Positions 47,097 to 60,324 of a DNA stretch of 64,000 nucleotides are shown piece after piece; the first letter of the stretch is position 1, and the number at the start of each line of letters is the position of its first letter. The translations under genes were made by a program, and so were the position numbers. The notes under the pieces are model-generated. The model made no database searches and was not told the DNA's origin. It saw nothing but the letters and a program-made list of their open reading frames with translations. The stretch covers positions 21,204,001 through 21,268,000 of the forward strand of contig JBHGNT010000008.1 of the NCBI GenBank assembly GCA_043228905.1. The letters are read 5' to 3'. The DNA comes from Azolla caroliniana. Taxonomy: Eukaryota; Plantae; Polypodiophyta.

Positions 47097-50000
47097 AAAG
47101 GGCGGCAAAGGAATCTGGAGATGAGCGGAAGCGAACTTGTAGAAGCGATGGCGGTGGCGGTAGACCGCCTGGTTAGTGCTCGCGAGGGCACGAGTGCCCT
47201 CGACCGGGCCATAGAGGCAACAGTTGGCAAGATAGGCCGGTCCGGCGGAAAGGACGCCATGAGTTACTTAGAGGCCTACAAATCTGAAATGCAGATGAGG
47301 GACATACCCGAAGATAGACGGCTAGCGGGGTGTCCCCGGGTCGTAACACCACACATTCATACAGAGATGGTCGAGATACAAGCGGGCTGTCACGATTGGG
47401 CGGAGTTCGCAGAGGAAGTTCTCGAGAGGTACAACTATGATGATTCGCTCCGGCTATCGAGAAAGGATTTTATGGACTGGGTCAACAGCCCCGACAAGGG
47501 TCAGAACGCTTCTGCGCTCCTCCAGGAGTTCGAGTCATGATTCACACGACTCTCTAGGTTGGACCGAACCGTGCTCGAAACGAGCAAGGTTCTATTTTTT
47601 GTCACTTCGTTCGACTCACGTGTCCGGGAAAGCGTGGGTCTTCTTTTGGAAACCAACCGAGGCCTCACGACTGACTGGGTGACCGTCAAGGAAGTATGCA
47701 ATAGGATTGACAAATGCTGGGACTGGAAAGAAAAGGGGTCCTCGTCGGTCGGGCCGGCTATCGAAATCAGGGCCGAACCAATGCCGACCCGAATGGAAGA
47801 AACGAGGAGGTGGCTTGAGCTAGGCCCACCCCCGGCGAACATAGTCGCAGGACCTGTAGGTGGCGCTGGACTAGAAGAACTGACAAGGATGGTGTGCAAC
47901 CTCCAGATCGCCAAGGCCCGACGAAGTGACGAAGGTCAGCCGCGCGACCAGCAACTACCGGCCAATCAGAGCTGTGTATAGTGCGACGCCACCGGACATG
48001 CTCGGAGAGAATGCACTGACTTCGGAGAAGCGCTCAAGAGTAATGTAGTCTGCCTTTCGAATGACAGGGTACATGCGAGCGACATGCGAAGATTGCTCGC
48101 CACGAATTTCGGACGAGGTGGCATGAAGAGTTTAATGGAAGAAGCCGTGACCTGGCACGTCGAAGCCATCCACTATTCGGCTTCGGCCGGCATATGCGTA
48201 GGGGAGAAGGCGACCAAAACCGATTCTGAATCTGGGTTCTGGCCGGTCGTTCTCGAGACCTTGTCTGGAGGGAAGCTGCAGAAGGAGGAAGTGGAGCACG
48301 CAGAAGAACGTGTTCATGAAGTTACTGGGTGGAGAGACCCCGTTGAAGAAAGCACCGGCTTTGTGGAGGCCACGTGCAGAAACTACGAAGCCCTGATCGA
48401 CGAAAGGCGAGCGGGAAAAACCGGGGGAGCGGGCCCATCGGGGAGGCAAGACACACAAAGCGCAACCAAAAAGCATGATGCCGCTCTGACTGGATCCCAG
48501 GAGAAGGAGAAGGGCAGGATTCCGAGCTTCCGCTTAAGCTAGGAGATAGAGAAAACGGTGAACCTACAAAAGGTTCTAGAGAAACCAGTTCTCGACAGTC
48601 GCATAGAACTCACAGTTAGGGAAGTGCTCGACATAGCAAGAAGGGAGTTCCACGACTGCATCGTGGACCTCATAAATAGGAAGCGTCTCGCAACGGAACC
48701 AGAGCCTGAGAAGCCGGTGGGGGTAAGGGTGGCACTCCTTGATGAGATGGCCGTGGAAGACGAGCTCGCGGAGAGCCACTATGCCAAACCGCATTGGGCA
48801 AGAGCTACTACAGAAACCCCGGTTCGTATCGGGAATGTCAAGGAACCGGTGGTGGCTTTAATCGACCACGGGTCGGAAATTAACCTGATGTCCATGGACT
48901 TCTACAAAAAGGGGAATTGGCCGATCAATACCAAACATGGGTGGAAGATACGCGCGGCAACAAGAGCCATGGAAGAGTTACACGGGGCTTGCCCGAACGT
49001 CAGGGTGAGCGTCGGGGACGTCGACATAAACCAACACTTTTTCGTGCAAGAGACGTCCTCTCACCCTGTCATCCTTGGGGAACCATACATCACAACAACT
49101 GGAATGGAAACGAAAGTGCTGGACAATGGTTCAGCCTACGTGAGGGTAAAAAGTCAGGACGACCGTCACTCTGTTCAATTTTTGACCATCCGGAAGAACC
49201 ACGAACGAAATCGCGACACCCTTGGAAATGATAACAAGCCGGATTTTTAAAAGGGGCTATCAAGGCCTGGGGCCGCGGTAGTCCGAATAACCGAAAAGCT
49301 CCCCACACCTGTAAAATAGGTAGGAAAGTTTTGTTCTCCGACAACGGAGGACGTACCATAGTCAGCATCGGTGGCCGGAAAAGAAGACGGGTCGAGATGC
49401 ACTTAAAGGCGTATAGAGCCTTGAGTCGCGACGAAGGAATTGGGGAACCCATGGAGGCGGTCTCGTTTGATGACACCTTGGGTGAAATCGGGAAGGTAGC
49501 CGAAGGAGGTCTAAGCGAAGACCGAGTCATACCGGTCAACTCGATCGACATGTATGAAGTCATTGCGGACTTCGAAAGAGGAACCCGGGCGCATCGGATC
49601 TCCTGAGTAGACATGAAATACAAGACTGTGGACCGGAAGGTGAAGCCCGTCGCGGCTCCCTTGCCGGAGGGCAGCTGGGAATGAATAAAGGGGGTCGCTA
49701 CCGACCCCAGCTTGTGGGATCCGACCGGCATAGGGCACCGTTTCACTAACAAAACGCTGCGAGAGTTGAAGATCGGTGGGGGTGGCTTCCTACTGCCGGC
49801 GGTAGAGGATCGGTTCAGAAGGATGCTCGAAAGGCATGGGAAGGCCTTCGCATTCTCACCAAGAGAGATCGGGTGCGTCAACCCGACCATCGTCGAGCCA
49901 ATGGTAATCTTTACGGTGTCACACGCACCATGGAGCCTCAAGTCAATCCAAGAACTGAGGGCTCACATGCCGATGCTGATGAAGCTCCTTAACAGAAAGT

Positions 50001-51530
50001 AGAGCTAGGCATCCTTGAACCGTCAAGTGCCCCCTATTCTAACCGGTGGTTTACGTTACCGAAGAAGAACGGTACGCTGCGGTTCATCCAAGACTTACAA
50101 CCTGTCAACAAAGTGACCATCCGTAATACAGGAGTCGGACCGATGATCGATGAGTTCGTAGAAGCCTTCGCTGGAAGGTCCATATACTCAGTCGGAGACC
50201 TTTACTCAGGATACGACCAATTCCAGCTGGCCGTGGAAAGCAGGGACATCACGGCGATGCGAACCCCTCTCGGTCTACTTCGGATGTGCACCTTACCACA
50301 AGGAGGAACCAACTCGGTTGCACACATGGTGAATGCTATGAACAGAGTTCTGAGGTATTGCATTCCGAACATCACCATGCCTTTCCTGGATGACATCCCT
50401 ATCAGGGGGTGTCTGGAGGACACCAAGGAGGAGTCGATCGGCGCGGACGGGTGCTGAAGGTTCATCACGGACCACATTGCTGATTGTGAAAAGATACTAC
50501 AGAGGCTCGAAGGTGCACGGCTTACCTTCTCGGGAGAGAAGTCGGCCTTCGGGCAACAAGAGATATTAGTGGTTGGACACCTATGTGGGTCGTACGGCTG
50601 GAAGCCATCGCCGACCAAGGTAGAGGCCATCTCGGCAATGAAGGAGGAGTGTGGATCCGTCACAGAGGTCCGACGATTCTTAGGAGCATGCGCCTTCTAC
50701 ACATATGGATCCCTCATTACGCGCACGTCGCAGAACCACTCTACGGACTGCTAAAGAAGAGCAGAAGATTCGAATGGACGAAAGAACACACGGAGGTGGT
50801 CCGAAAGCTAAAGCGGGCGCTTACCGCGGCACCGGCTTTGCGCAAAGTGGAATACGCACCGAGTACTCCGGTCTACATCACAGTGGACACCAACCCCACC
50901 GGGATCGGATGGGTCGTAAATCAAGAGGACGAAGACGACATGCGCTTCCCTATCCGGTTCGGTACGAAGGTACTAAGTGAATGACAACGAGGGTACGCCC
51001 AAGTCAAGCGCGAGCTGTGGGGTATCGTTTCGGCGGTTAAGGTCGACAAAGACTACTTAATGAAGGGAACAACACGCTCCCTATACGCAACGGTCGGCCA
51101 CAACCGAGCTTAGAATCATACACAGAAAACGGGAAATAAAGCACGACACGAAGAAGAGAAGAGTACGTAGGATGTTTACATGGAAAACCCAAACTAAGGG
51201 AAAAACCACGGCAGCCCACATGCTGCAAACTATCACTATGTTAGAATGTACAACAGTGAGTTCACGGAGGCAACAACCTCGTGCTCACAATCTTCGCCAT
51301 AGGCAGCGGTTACAACAGAGGCAACGACCTCTTTCTTTCTCTCTCTCTCTGTACACAGTTACGCGCTCTCTCTGTTTCCTTGCGCCAACAAGGATGACAA
51401 CAACCGTAAATAAAAGTTTGCCCTAAGTCATATTTATACTAATATAACTTTTCGGCTATTTACAAATATAGCTTCGATGGACTCTCAGAAACATATTTAC
51501 GAATATGTCTCTTCATCCGGTTTCGACATT

Positions 51531-51960
51531 CCTCACCGGGTCTGCGCCATCCGGCTCTCCGTAGCCGAGTACTCCTCATCCGGTTCTCACCGGGTCTGCG
51601 CCATCCGGCTCTTCGTAGCCGGGTACTCCTCATCCGGTTCTCACCGGGTCCGCGTCATCCGGCTCTCCGTAGCCGGGTACTCCTCATCCGGTTCTCACCG
51701 GGTCTGCGCCATTCGGCTCTCCGTAGCCGGGTACTCCTCATCCGGTTCTCACCGGGTCTGCATCATCCGGCTCTCCGTAGCCGGGTACTCCTCATCCGGT
51801 TCTCACCGGGTCTGCATCATCCGGTTCTTCGTAGCCGGGTTCTCCTGATCCGGTTCTCACCGGGTCTGCACCATCCGGCTCTCCGTAGCCGGGTACTCCT
51901 CATCCGGTTCTCACCGGGTCTGCACCATCCGGCTCTCTGTAGTCGGGTACTCCCCATCCG
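51531..51960. repeat. 54-bp minisatellite, eight units, in the copia 3' LTR
   Basis: Unit TCCTCATCCGGTTCTCACCGGGTCTGCGCCATCCGGCTCTCCGTAGCCGGGTAC. Confidence 0.95.
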
Positions 51961-54900
51961 GAGGGACTTGTCTCCCAACAAACTCCCCCTTCACTCCGGT
52001 ATGGGGTGTCTTACAAGTCCGATCCGCTTCCGGCATGCATCTAGCTTGTCGGGTATCAGAACTTTGGTCAGCATATCTGACCCGTTCTCGGCCGTGTGGA
52101 TCTTCATCAACGCGAACTCCTGGTCATCTACTCTTTCCCGGATCTAGTGATACCTTCGCTGGATATGCTTCGTCCGGGAATGGTAGGCCGCATTCTTTGC
52201 AAGGTGGATGGCACTTTGACTGTCGCAATAGAGTCGGTATTCATCTTGCCGGATACCGAGCTCTCCGATGAATTCCTTCATCCATAAGATTTCCTTGTCG
52301 GCTTCAACAACCGCCATGTACTCCGCCTCCGTGGTTGACAATGCAACCGTCTTCTACAGCCTCGACTACCACGAAACAGCTCCCCCTGCATATGTCATTA
52401 CATACCCGGATGTAGACCGGCTGGTATCCACATCAGCCGACATGTCCGAATCGGTGAAACCATCAAGTTGAGGTTTTCCGGAGCCGAATCGGAGACACAT
52501 ATTTGAAGTGCCCTTCAAATACCGGAGTATCCATTTGACCGCGTTCTAGTGCTCTTTGCCGGGATTGCTCATAAACCGGCCTACCACTCCGACTACGTAT
52601 CCAATATCTGGTCGGGTGCACACCATTGCGTACATCAAGCTCCCGACGGCAGAGGCATATGGAATCTTCATCATATCCGTCTTCTCTGCTTTTGTCTTCG
52701 GGCTTTGCTTACCGGATAGCCTGCAGTTTGCCGGAAGTTTCGATCCGACCGATTTCGCATCTGACATGTTGAACCGGTGAAGCACCTTTGTCACGTATTT
52801 CTCCTATGACAGCCATAATTGCTTCGCTGACCGGTTCCGGATAATATGCATCCCCAGCATCTGTCTTGCCGGACCCAAGTCTTTCATTGAGAAGGTCCGG
52901 TTGAGAGCCTTGTTCAGCATCTGTATTTTGACTTGGTCCCATTCGACGATCAACATGTCATCCACGTACAGAAGGAGTATTAGGAAATCGCCTCCTTCGA
53001 ACTTCTTCACAAACACACAGTGATCGGCCTGCGTCTTGTGGTACCCTTGATCAGTCATGAAGGAGTCGAACTTTCGGTACCATTATCGGGGGGACTGTTT
53101 CAACCCGTAGAGGCTCTTCTTCAACCGGCATACGAGGTGCTCCTTCCCTTTCCCCACGAATCCTTCCGGTTGCTGCATGTAGATCTCCTCTTCGAGGTCT
53201 CCGTGAAGGAATGCCGTCTTCACATCCAGCTGCTCTACCTCAAGGTTCATGCTTGCCGCTATACATAGCACCATCCGGATGGAGGTCATGTTTACAACCG
53301 GGGAAAATATCTCGTCAAAGTCCACGCCCTTTTTCTGCTGGAACCCCTTCACCACGATCTTGGCTTTGTATCTCGGGGGGTTGCCGGCATCTCCCAGTTT
53401 CAACTTGTACACCCACTTGTTCCGGAGTGCTCGCTTTCCTTTCGGCAACTCCACCAATTCGTACGTATGGTTCTCATGCAGGGAATCCATCTCATCCTGC
53501 ATGGCACTTAACCATTTGCGGTTGTGGATGTCATCCTTCGCTTCTTCGAAGCTTTCCGGCTCCCCCTCATCGGTCAGCAGAACATGCTCTGCATCCGGAA
53601 ATCTCCGGGGGGCCCTTCTCTCTCTGAGAGGATATCTCCGTCTTCGGGCTTCGGTAACCGGTTCCTCCATTTGCTCTTCATCCGAATCTGATTCGGGGTC
53701 TTGGCCGGTTCCGGTCTCAGCTTCCTCTACTTCTTCTTCTGCCGGTTCGGTATCCTCACCGTAACAAGCTGGTTCCTCGAGTGCTAACCGGTTTCTTGCC
53801 GGTTGGGTCTGCTCATCGTAGAGTCTATCCTTACCGGTCGACTCAGAGTTCATTATCTTCTTCTCCGACTCCCAGTCGGCGAGCATCTTGTCCTCCATGA
53901 AGATAATATCTCGACTCCGGAATACCTTCTTATCGACCAGGTCCCACACTCGGTAGACGAACTCATCGTCACCGTAACCGAGGAATATGCATGGCCAGGT
54001 CTTTGGATCTAACTTTCCTCTCCGGTCCTTAGCTACATGCACGTACGCGAGACACCAGAACACCTTCAAATGCCGGTAGGACACTTCCTTACCGGTCCAT
54101 ACTCTCTGTGGTGTGTCTCCGTCCAGGGGTACTGAGGGTGATTTGTTTATCACATATGTCGCCGTCGAGAGTGCCTCAGCCCAAAACTTCGTGGGTAGTT
54201 TTGCATGCGCTAGCATACTCCGGACCCTCTCCATTATGGTCCGGTTCATCCTCTCGGCCAACCCGTTTAGGTCCGGCGTCTTCAGCACGGTAAATTCGAG
54301 CTGGATTCCCTTCGAGCGACAGTACTCCTCGAACTACCCCCGGTATTCACCTCCGTTATTTGCTCGAACCGCCTTCAACTTCCGGCCGGTTTCTCTTTCC
54401 ACTCTCGTGTGGAGCTCTTTGAAGATAGATAACACCTGATCCTTCGTCTTCAACGGTGTGGCCCACAACTTCCGGCTGTGGTCATCTATGAATGTCACAA
54501 AGTACTGCGCTCCGGCATGTGACTTTGTGTCTCCTTGACACACATCAATATGCACCAACTCCAGTGGTGCATTACATCTCATCGGTGGCCTTGGTCGGAA
54601 AGAGGTCCGGTTTTGCTTACCGGCCAGACAATCAGTGCACTTCTCCAAGTGCACGTTCTTCACTGGAATGAGGTTGTCTTCTGCAAGCCTCTTCATCCCC
54701 TTCTTGCTCATGTGACACAACCTCCTGTGCCACAGCTCACCGGCAGTGTCGGATGCCACGTTCACTTCCTCCGGACATAACTGGGCATTCATCAGGTATA
54801 GAGTGTTGACCTTCCGGGCCTGAGCCACAATCAGGCTTCCCTTGCTGAACTTCATGACACCATTCCGGATGCTACCCGTGTGGCCTTCATCATCTAGCCG

Positions 54901-56358
54901 ACCGGCTGATATCAGGTTCAGTCGAACCTCCGGAACGTGTCAGACATCCTTTAACAGCAACTTGCATCCGGTTGGTGTCGACAACCACACGTCTCCTATG
55001 CCGACAATTCGGCATGTACCATCATTCCCCATCCGGACACAACAGTGATCATCGGCTGAGTAGGATGAGAAGCATTTCCGGTCCGGGGTAAGGTGGAACG
55101 ACGCTCCGGAGTCTACCACCCAGGTCATCTCGTCGCCAGCAAGGTTTACCGCAATAGAAGCAGGTAGGCCTCCCCCTTGACTTTGACCGTGTCCCCGACT
55201 TCTCCCGCTTCTGGGGACTACGGTTCCTTTGTCTTCCGCGTTCCGATTCGGTAAGGAGCGCTTTGGAGTCGGAGCTCGTATCTTTATCTTTCCAACGCGC
55301 CTCCTCATCTAGCAAGCTCGACTTTACTCTTGCTAGGGATAACCGTTTTCCTTCCGGCCCGGCGTTGCCCAAAGTGACAACCAACGTCTCCCAGCTATCC
55401 GGGAGGGAACCGAGCAGGAGTAGCGCTAGTACCTCATCGGCGAGAAGTACTTCCAATGAAGTTTCCTGGTGGATCAGCCCCTGGAAGGCATTCATGTGGT
55501 CCGCCATGCTGGAGCCATCTTGGTACCGGAGTCTTACTAGCTTCCTGAATACCGAAACCTGATTAACAACATTTTTGTTTTGAAACATTATGCCAATCTT
55601 CTCCTAGAGCTCATGAACCTTGCTCTCTTCATTGAAGTTGTTGTACAGGCTCATGTCGATGAAGCACCGTATGTACGCCGTTGTCTTCATGTGCATCACC
55701 TCCCATATCGCGGTGTCGTTTTTGTCCGGTCTCTTGTCCCCGAACTGAACCGGCAGCCAGAGGTCTTTAACCACGAGCATGTCCCTCATCTTCGACTTCC
55801 ACACTGAATAGTTGGACCCGGTGAGCTTGAACATGCCGCCAAACGATTCGTCCATTTTCTGTGTCGTTTTGCTCTGATACCACTTGAAGGGAACATCACG
55901 CTCCCTATATGCAATGCTCGGCCACAACCGAGCTTAGAATCATACACAGAGAACGGGAAATAAAGCACGACACGAAGAAGAGAAGAGTACGCAGGATGTT
56001 TACGTGGAAAACCCAAACTAAGGGAAAAACCACGGCAGCCCACAGGCTGCAAAATATCACTATGTTAGAATGTACAACAGTGAGTTCACAGAGGCAACGA
56101 TCTCGTGCTCACAATCTTCGCCACAAGCGGCGGTTACAACAGAGGCAACAACCTCTTTCTTTCTCTCTCTCTCTCTCTGTACACAGTTACGCGCTCTCTC
56201 TGTTTCCTTGCACCAACAAGGATGACAACAACCGTAAATAAAAGTTTGCCCTAAGTCATATTTATACTAATATGACTTTTCGGCTATTTACAAATATAGC
56301 CTCGATGGACTCTCAGAAACATATTTACGAATATGTCTCTTCATCCGGTTTCGGCATT

Positions 56359-56680
56359 CCTCACCGGGTTTGCGCCATTCGGCTCTCCATACCCGGGTAC
56401 TCCTCATCCGGTTCTCATCGGGTCTGCGCCATCCGGCTCTCCGTAGCCGGGTACTCCTCATCCGGTTCTCACCGGGTCTGCGTCATCCGGCTCTCCGTAG
56501 CCGGGTACTCCTCATCCGGTTCTCACCGGGTCTGCGCCATCCGGCTATCCGTAGCCGGGTACTCCTCATCCGATTCTCACCGGGTCTGCATCATCCGGCT
56601 CTCCGTAGCCGGGTACTCCTCATCCGGTTCTCACCGGGTCTGCACCATCTGGCTCTCCGTAGCCGAGTACTCCCCATCCG
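56359..56680. repeat. 54-bp minisatellite, six units, in the copia 5' LTR
   Basis: Same unit as 51531-51960, with two fewer copies. Confidence 0.95.
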
Positions 56681-59213
56681 GAGGGACCTGTCTCCCAACA
56701 AACTCGCTCTTCACTCCGGCATGGGGTGTCTTACAAGTCCGAACACTTAATCGGGGACCTGTCTCCCAACACTTAATCGGGGTGGAAGTAATTATAGAAA
56801 AGGACTGCCTACCGATTCTCGGTATGGTATCCGGATGCGCGACCCCCGACCTAGCCATGCTCAGGTGGATTGCGTACATCAAGTCCCTGAACCCGGAGAT
56901 ATGACACATCTCGGGTAAAGACAACGCCATGGCCGACATGCTTTCTAGAGCAAGATTCGAGGACGAGGACGACATGGTATCGGAGAACGAAGAAGTCGGC
57001 GCAAACTTCTTCAAATCGGCGAGGATGAATTTAAAAAGATGAAGCACTCCGCCAGTGAATGAATTCGACGAAGACGGCTACGACGGAGAATGGCTTCTAA
57101 TCAGGAAGTTTTTGAAGACAATGACGACGGACGCCATGATGACTAAGGAGGAGGCCGAACAGCTATGGAAGAAGGCGTACCGATATTTCCTACGGAACGG
57201 GAAAATCTGGAGGGTCCCAAAAAGGCGAACTCCGAGTAATAGCGTGGACGGATGACCAACAGAAGTTGATATCGGAGTTCCATGAGGGCCCTTGGTCTAG
57301 ACACCGGGTTACATGGGCTACATTCGAGAAGTTAAAAGGGAAATATTGGTGGCCAGGCATGTACAAGAGTGTGCACAACTTCGTGTCTACGTGCGAAAGC
57401 TGCCAGATGCACTCGGTGGTTCGACACCGCGACGAACTACACCCGACTTATCCTCTGACCGTGCACTTCAAGTGGATGGTTGACTTAGTTACGACGTCGA
57501 TGGGCGAAGGGAAGAAGCAATACCTAGTGCTGGCTAGAGAGGACTTAACCAACCAAGTAGAGGGACGAGCACTAACGAACAAGACCACCGCAGCAGTATA
57601 TAAGTTTCTGATCGAGGATGTCGTATGCCGATATGGGTGCGTGGGGAAAATTGTGGTTTGATCGAGGAGAGCTAGATATGGAAGAGGCCGAGGAACTGTT
57701 CAATTGGTTAGGCGTAAAACTGTCCCTCACAATGTCGTACAACCCGGAGGTAAATGGAAAGATTGAATTGGGCCACGGTTTGATCGTAAAGCCCATTGTA
57801 CGCACCTGCGAAGGTCGAGTTGGCAACTGGCTGAGGTTGCTCCCATACGCGTTATGGGCAGACAGGATTACCCACAACTCGGTGACAAGGTACATGCCGG
57901 TGGAACTAATGTACGGACAGAAACCTATCGTGCCGGTAGAACGGACGATCGGCTCGTGGACGGAAATCGATTGGTCTAACGAAATGAGCAGAGAAGAGCT
58001 GTTAGCGACACGAATCCGACAACTCAAGCGAAGACCGGAAGACGTGGAATGAGCCACGACAAGGGTGAAAGAAGCGCGGATCCGAAACAAAGCCCGGTTT
58101 GACCGAATGAACCGACTCCGGCCAAGGAAGTTCGAGGAGGGTGATTGGGTGTTAGTCTACGACAACAGCCTCCACAACCAGCATAGGTCTACACGCAAGT
58201 TTGCGAAGCGTTGGTTCGAACCGTACGTGGTAAATAGCGACAACGACAACACCACATATTGTCTTGCGGAGCTCGACGGGACGCGGATAACGACCTTGGT
58301 GGCCAGGAAGCGGATAAAAGCCTTCAAGAGGTCGAACGAGGAGGAACCGGACCCGGGTGCCGGAAGCGCCAGCTCAGGAGAGGAGGATGAGTAACCGATG
58401 GCCCAGAATCCTCCACTAAATTCACTATTTGGCACATACCGGAGGATGTGTGGTTTGGTGGGGGTGGATGTCGTGAAGATTCCGGGCCATAGGTAGAAAC
58501 AAGGTGAAACGCGCAGGAACACCGGTTTACGCGAGTGCACGCCTCGAGGGAATTAAATAGGACAAGTACTAGGCTTGAGTATAAGGAGGGGTACTAGGTA
58601 GTTAGAGCATAGACATCGCATAAGTAGGGAGAGATACGGGGAGAGTAAATGAGGGGAGAGAATCTAGGACAAGAGTGGCGGGTCATGAATGCTTGTAACG
58701 GTCGCTCCTTGAGCTATAAAAGGGGCGACCTTTGACTGTCTTGGGGGGGGGGGGGGGGGGGGGGGCATCTAGAAAAAAAGGGTACATGGAGAAAGAACGA
58801 GGATGGACCATGGAAGAAGGCGCTTCCCCTTTGCTTGTGTCAGACGCCCGAGTGCTCCCGACCTGGGGATCGACCTTCTGCGCACCGACGTCTCTTTGTA
58901 CCTGGCTATTTCACCAAGCTCCACGCTCCTTCACCGGCTCTGATCCGGCTGTAACCACTCACAACACTGTGCACCTGTGTTTTAATAGAACTCTTTCTAC
59001 CTAACATACTTCGTTCTCAGTGTGTTTGTCCGTGTCTGTGTCTATGCGTGACTCTCTTGATCTCTCTCATTTGCTAGACTTACCCGCTCTCCCGTGGGCT
59101 CAAGACCTACACGGTTCCCAAACTCCTCCCTCCTCGTTTTCCTGATTCCTTGGTTCGAGACCCCCGTGGTCTTGCCCGACTTCAACGCATCTGCGAGGAT
59201 TTTCTCGACAACG

Positions 59214-59692
59214 TGCCATGGCACTGTCCCGCATGCGTGCCAGGTGTTGTCCGCCTGAATAGTAACCGATGGACAAGAGAGTAGTAATATGGAATAGAAT
59301 AACTTTATAACGCATGTAATGGTTCACACGGGAAGCATGAACGGCTAAAAGACCATGCGTATATAAAGGGCAGAAAACCTCTGAGAGAGGTAGCATGTAA
59401 TTTTGAATGTAAGAGGCGTATCGTAATAGAGTTCTATCTTCTCTGATATTTGTGTGTAGCTACGACTAACCTACTATGTGTCTGTAATTCTTGAGAGCGT
59501 AGGAGTAAGTAACGGTGTGTGCGCTAGTCCAATATCTAAGGAGCTCGATGGTAACCGTCTCCCTTATACGCTGCTAGGTTACGGGGAATATCCCACTAAG
59601 TATTACGCACAAACGCTACCATTTGTTGTCACACAGACACTTGGAGGTCTAGGTTGAGGACTGACCATAGACCGTATTCCTAGTCGGTAACA
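59214..59692 (+). mobile_element. LTR (solo or orphan), related to 66-830
   Basis: Runs TGCCATGGCAC...TCGGTAACA with a TATATAAAGGG box, and shares blocks with the minus strand of 66-830. Confidence 0.7.
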
Positions 59693-59794
59693 ACCCCTTG
59701 TATAAACGGGCAAAATTTTGTAAAATTTTTGTTTTTTGCAAAATCCGTGGTTATCCCTCCACTTTGTGAATCGTGGGTCCGACGGACAAAGTCC

Positions 59795-60321
59795 TGTGGC
59801 ACGGGCGTGCTAGGTGTTGTCCATAGGCCAGAAATATAAATACATAATATGTAAACTCGCCGGTAGGTAGAAAAGTAGGTGAGGAAATAGGTAGAACTAG
59901 AATAGTCGATTTTTTAGCCCTCACAATCAGCCGATGGCTCGGCTCTGTCTAAAGAAGAAAACTATATAAACCGAGATCTGCATACCTCGAGGGGGGGATA
60001 CCTAGATTATTTAGAAAGATTTATATCGTAGCACTGAGCTCTGTACAAACTGTTTCTGGCCGAGAGCTGTGTATTGTAATCACTGTGAGCTTTCTCATTT
60101 AATATAAATCTCGCTCTTACTGTTCCTTCATCTGTGTATTCTCCCCGTACTCATAAACCGAGCTACGTCTATGTCTAATGGGTTGTAGCCCGTGTATGCT
60201 CCTCGTTCCCATAACGTCTTCTCGGTGTAGAAGAGGCTTCCACGTAACACGACCCCTTGATACCGATAGCCTGTGGGCTCATCGAAGGTGTTTCCCCCCC
60301 CCCCCCCACAAACGGTTAACA
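59795..60321 (+). mobile_element. Second LTR-like unit; the left boundary is uncertain
   Basis: Shares GCGTGC.AGGTGTTGTCC with 59233-59251, contains a CTATATAAA box, and ends CGGTTAACA directly against transposase sequence. Confidence 0.5.
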
Positions 60322-60324
60322 CAA

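Larger units (their letters stand above)
51061..56771 (-). mobile_element. Ty1/copia element (Tnt1/Tork-like), near full-length, inserted in the gypsy RNase H
   Basis: LTRs at 51061-51980 and 55885-56700, iMet PBS at 55871-55882, PPT at 51981-51990. TSD CTTAA (51056-51060 and 56772-56776); removal restores the host frame DKDYLIGVEV. Gag, PR (WVVDSGASFH), INT, RT (QLDVKTAFLHG, YVDDML) and RH are present, with a few stops and a deletion at the zinc knuckle (about 55143). Confidence 0.95.
46469..59210 (+). mobile_element. Ty3/gypsy non-chromovirus LTR retrotransposon, degenerate, interrupted by a copia
   Basis: 5' LTR 46469-47074 lacks its first about 127 bp. 3' LTR is 58469-59210 (TGTCGTGAA...CTCGACA), with a PPT at about 58457-58468. 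Domain order is gag, protease (LIDHGSEIN), RT (LPQGGTNS, FLDD), RH (VDT), INT (HEGPW..H, C..CQ, DLV, DRGE). Confidence 0.93.

Noticed and set aside
51477-51848. Repetitive SSSGSHRVCAIRLSVAGY peptide ORFs (also 56272-56904)
   Set aside because: A by-product of a 54-bp stop-free minisatellite on the antisense strand of the LTRs.
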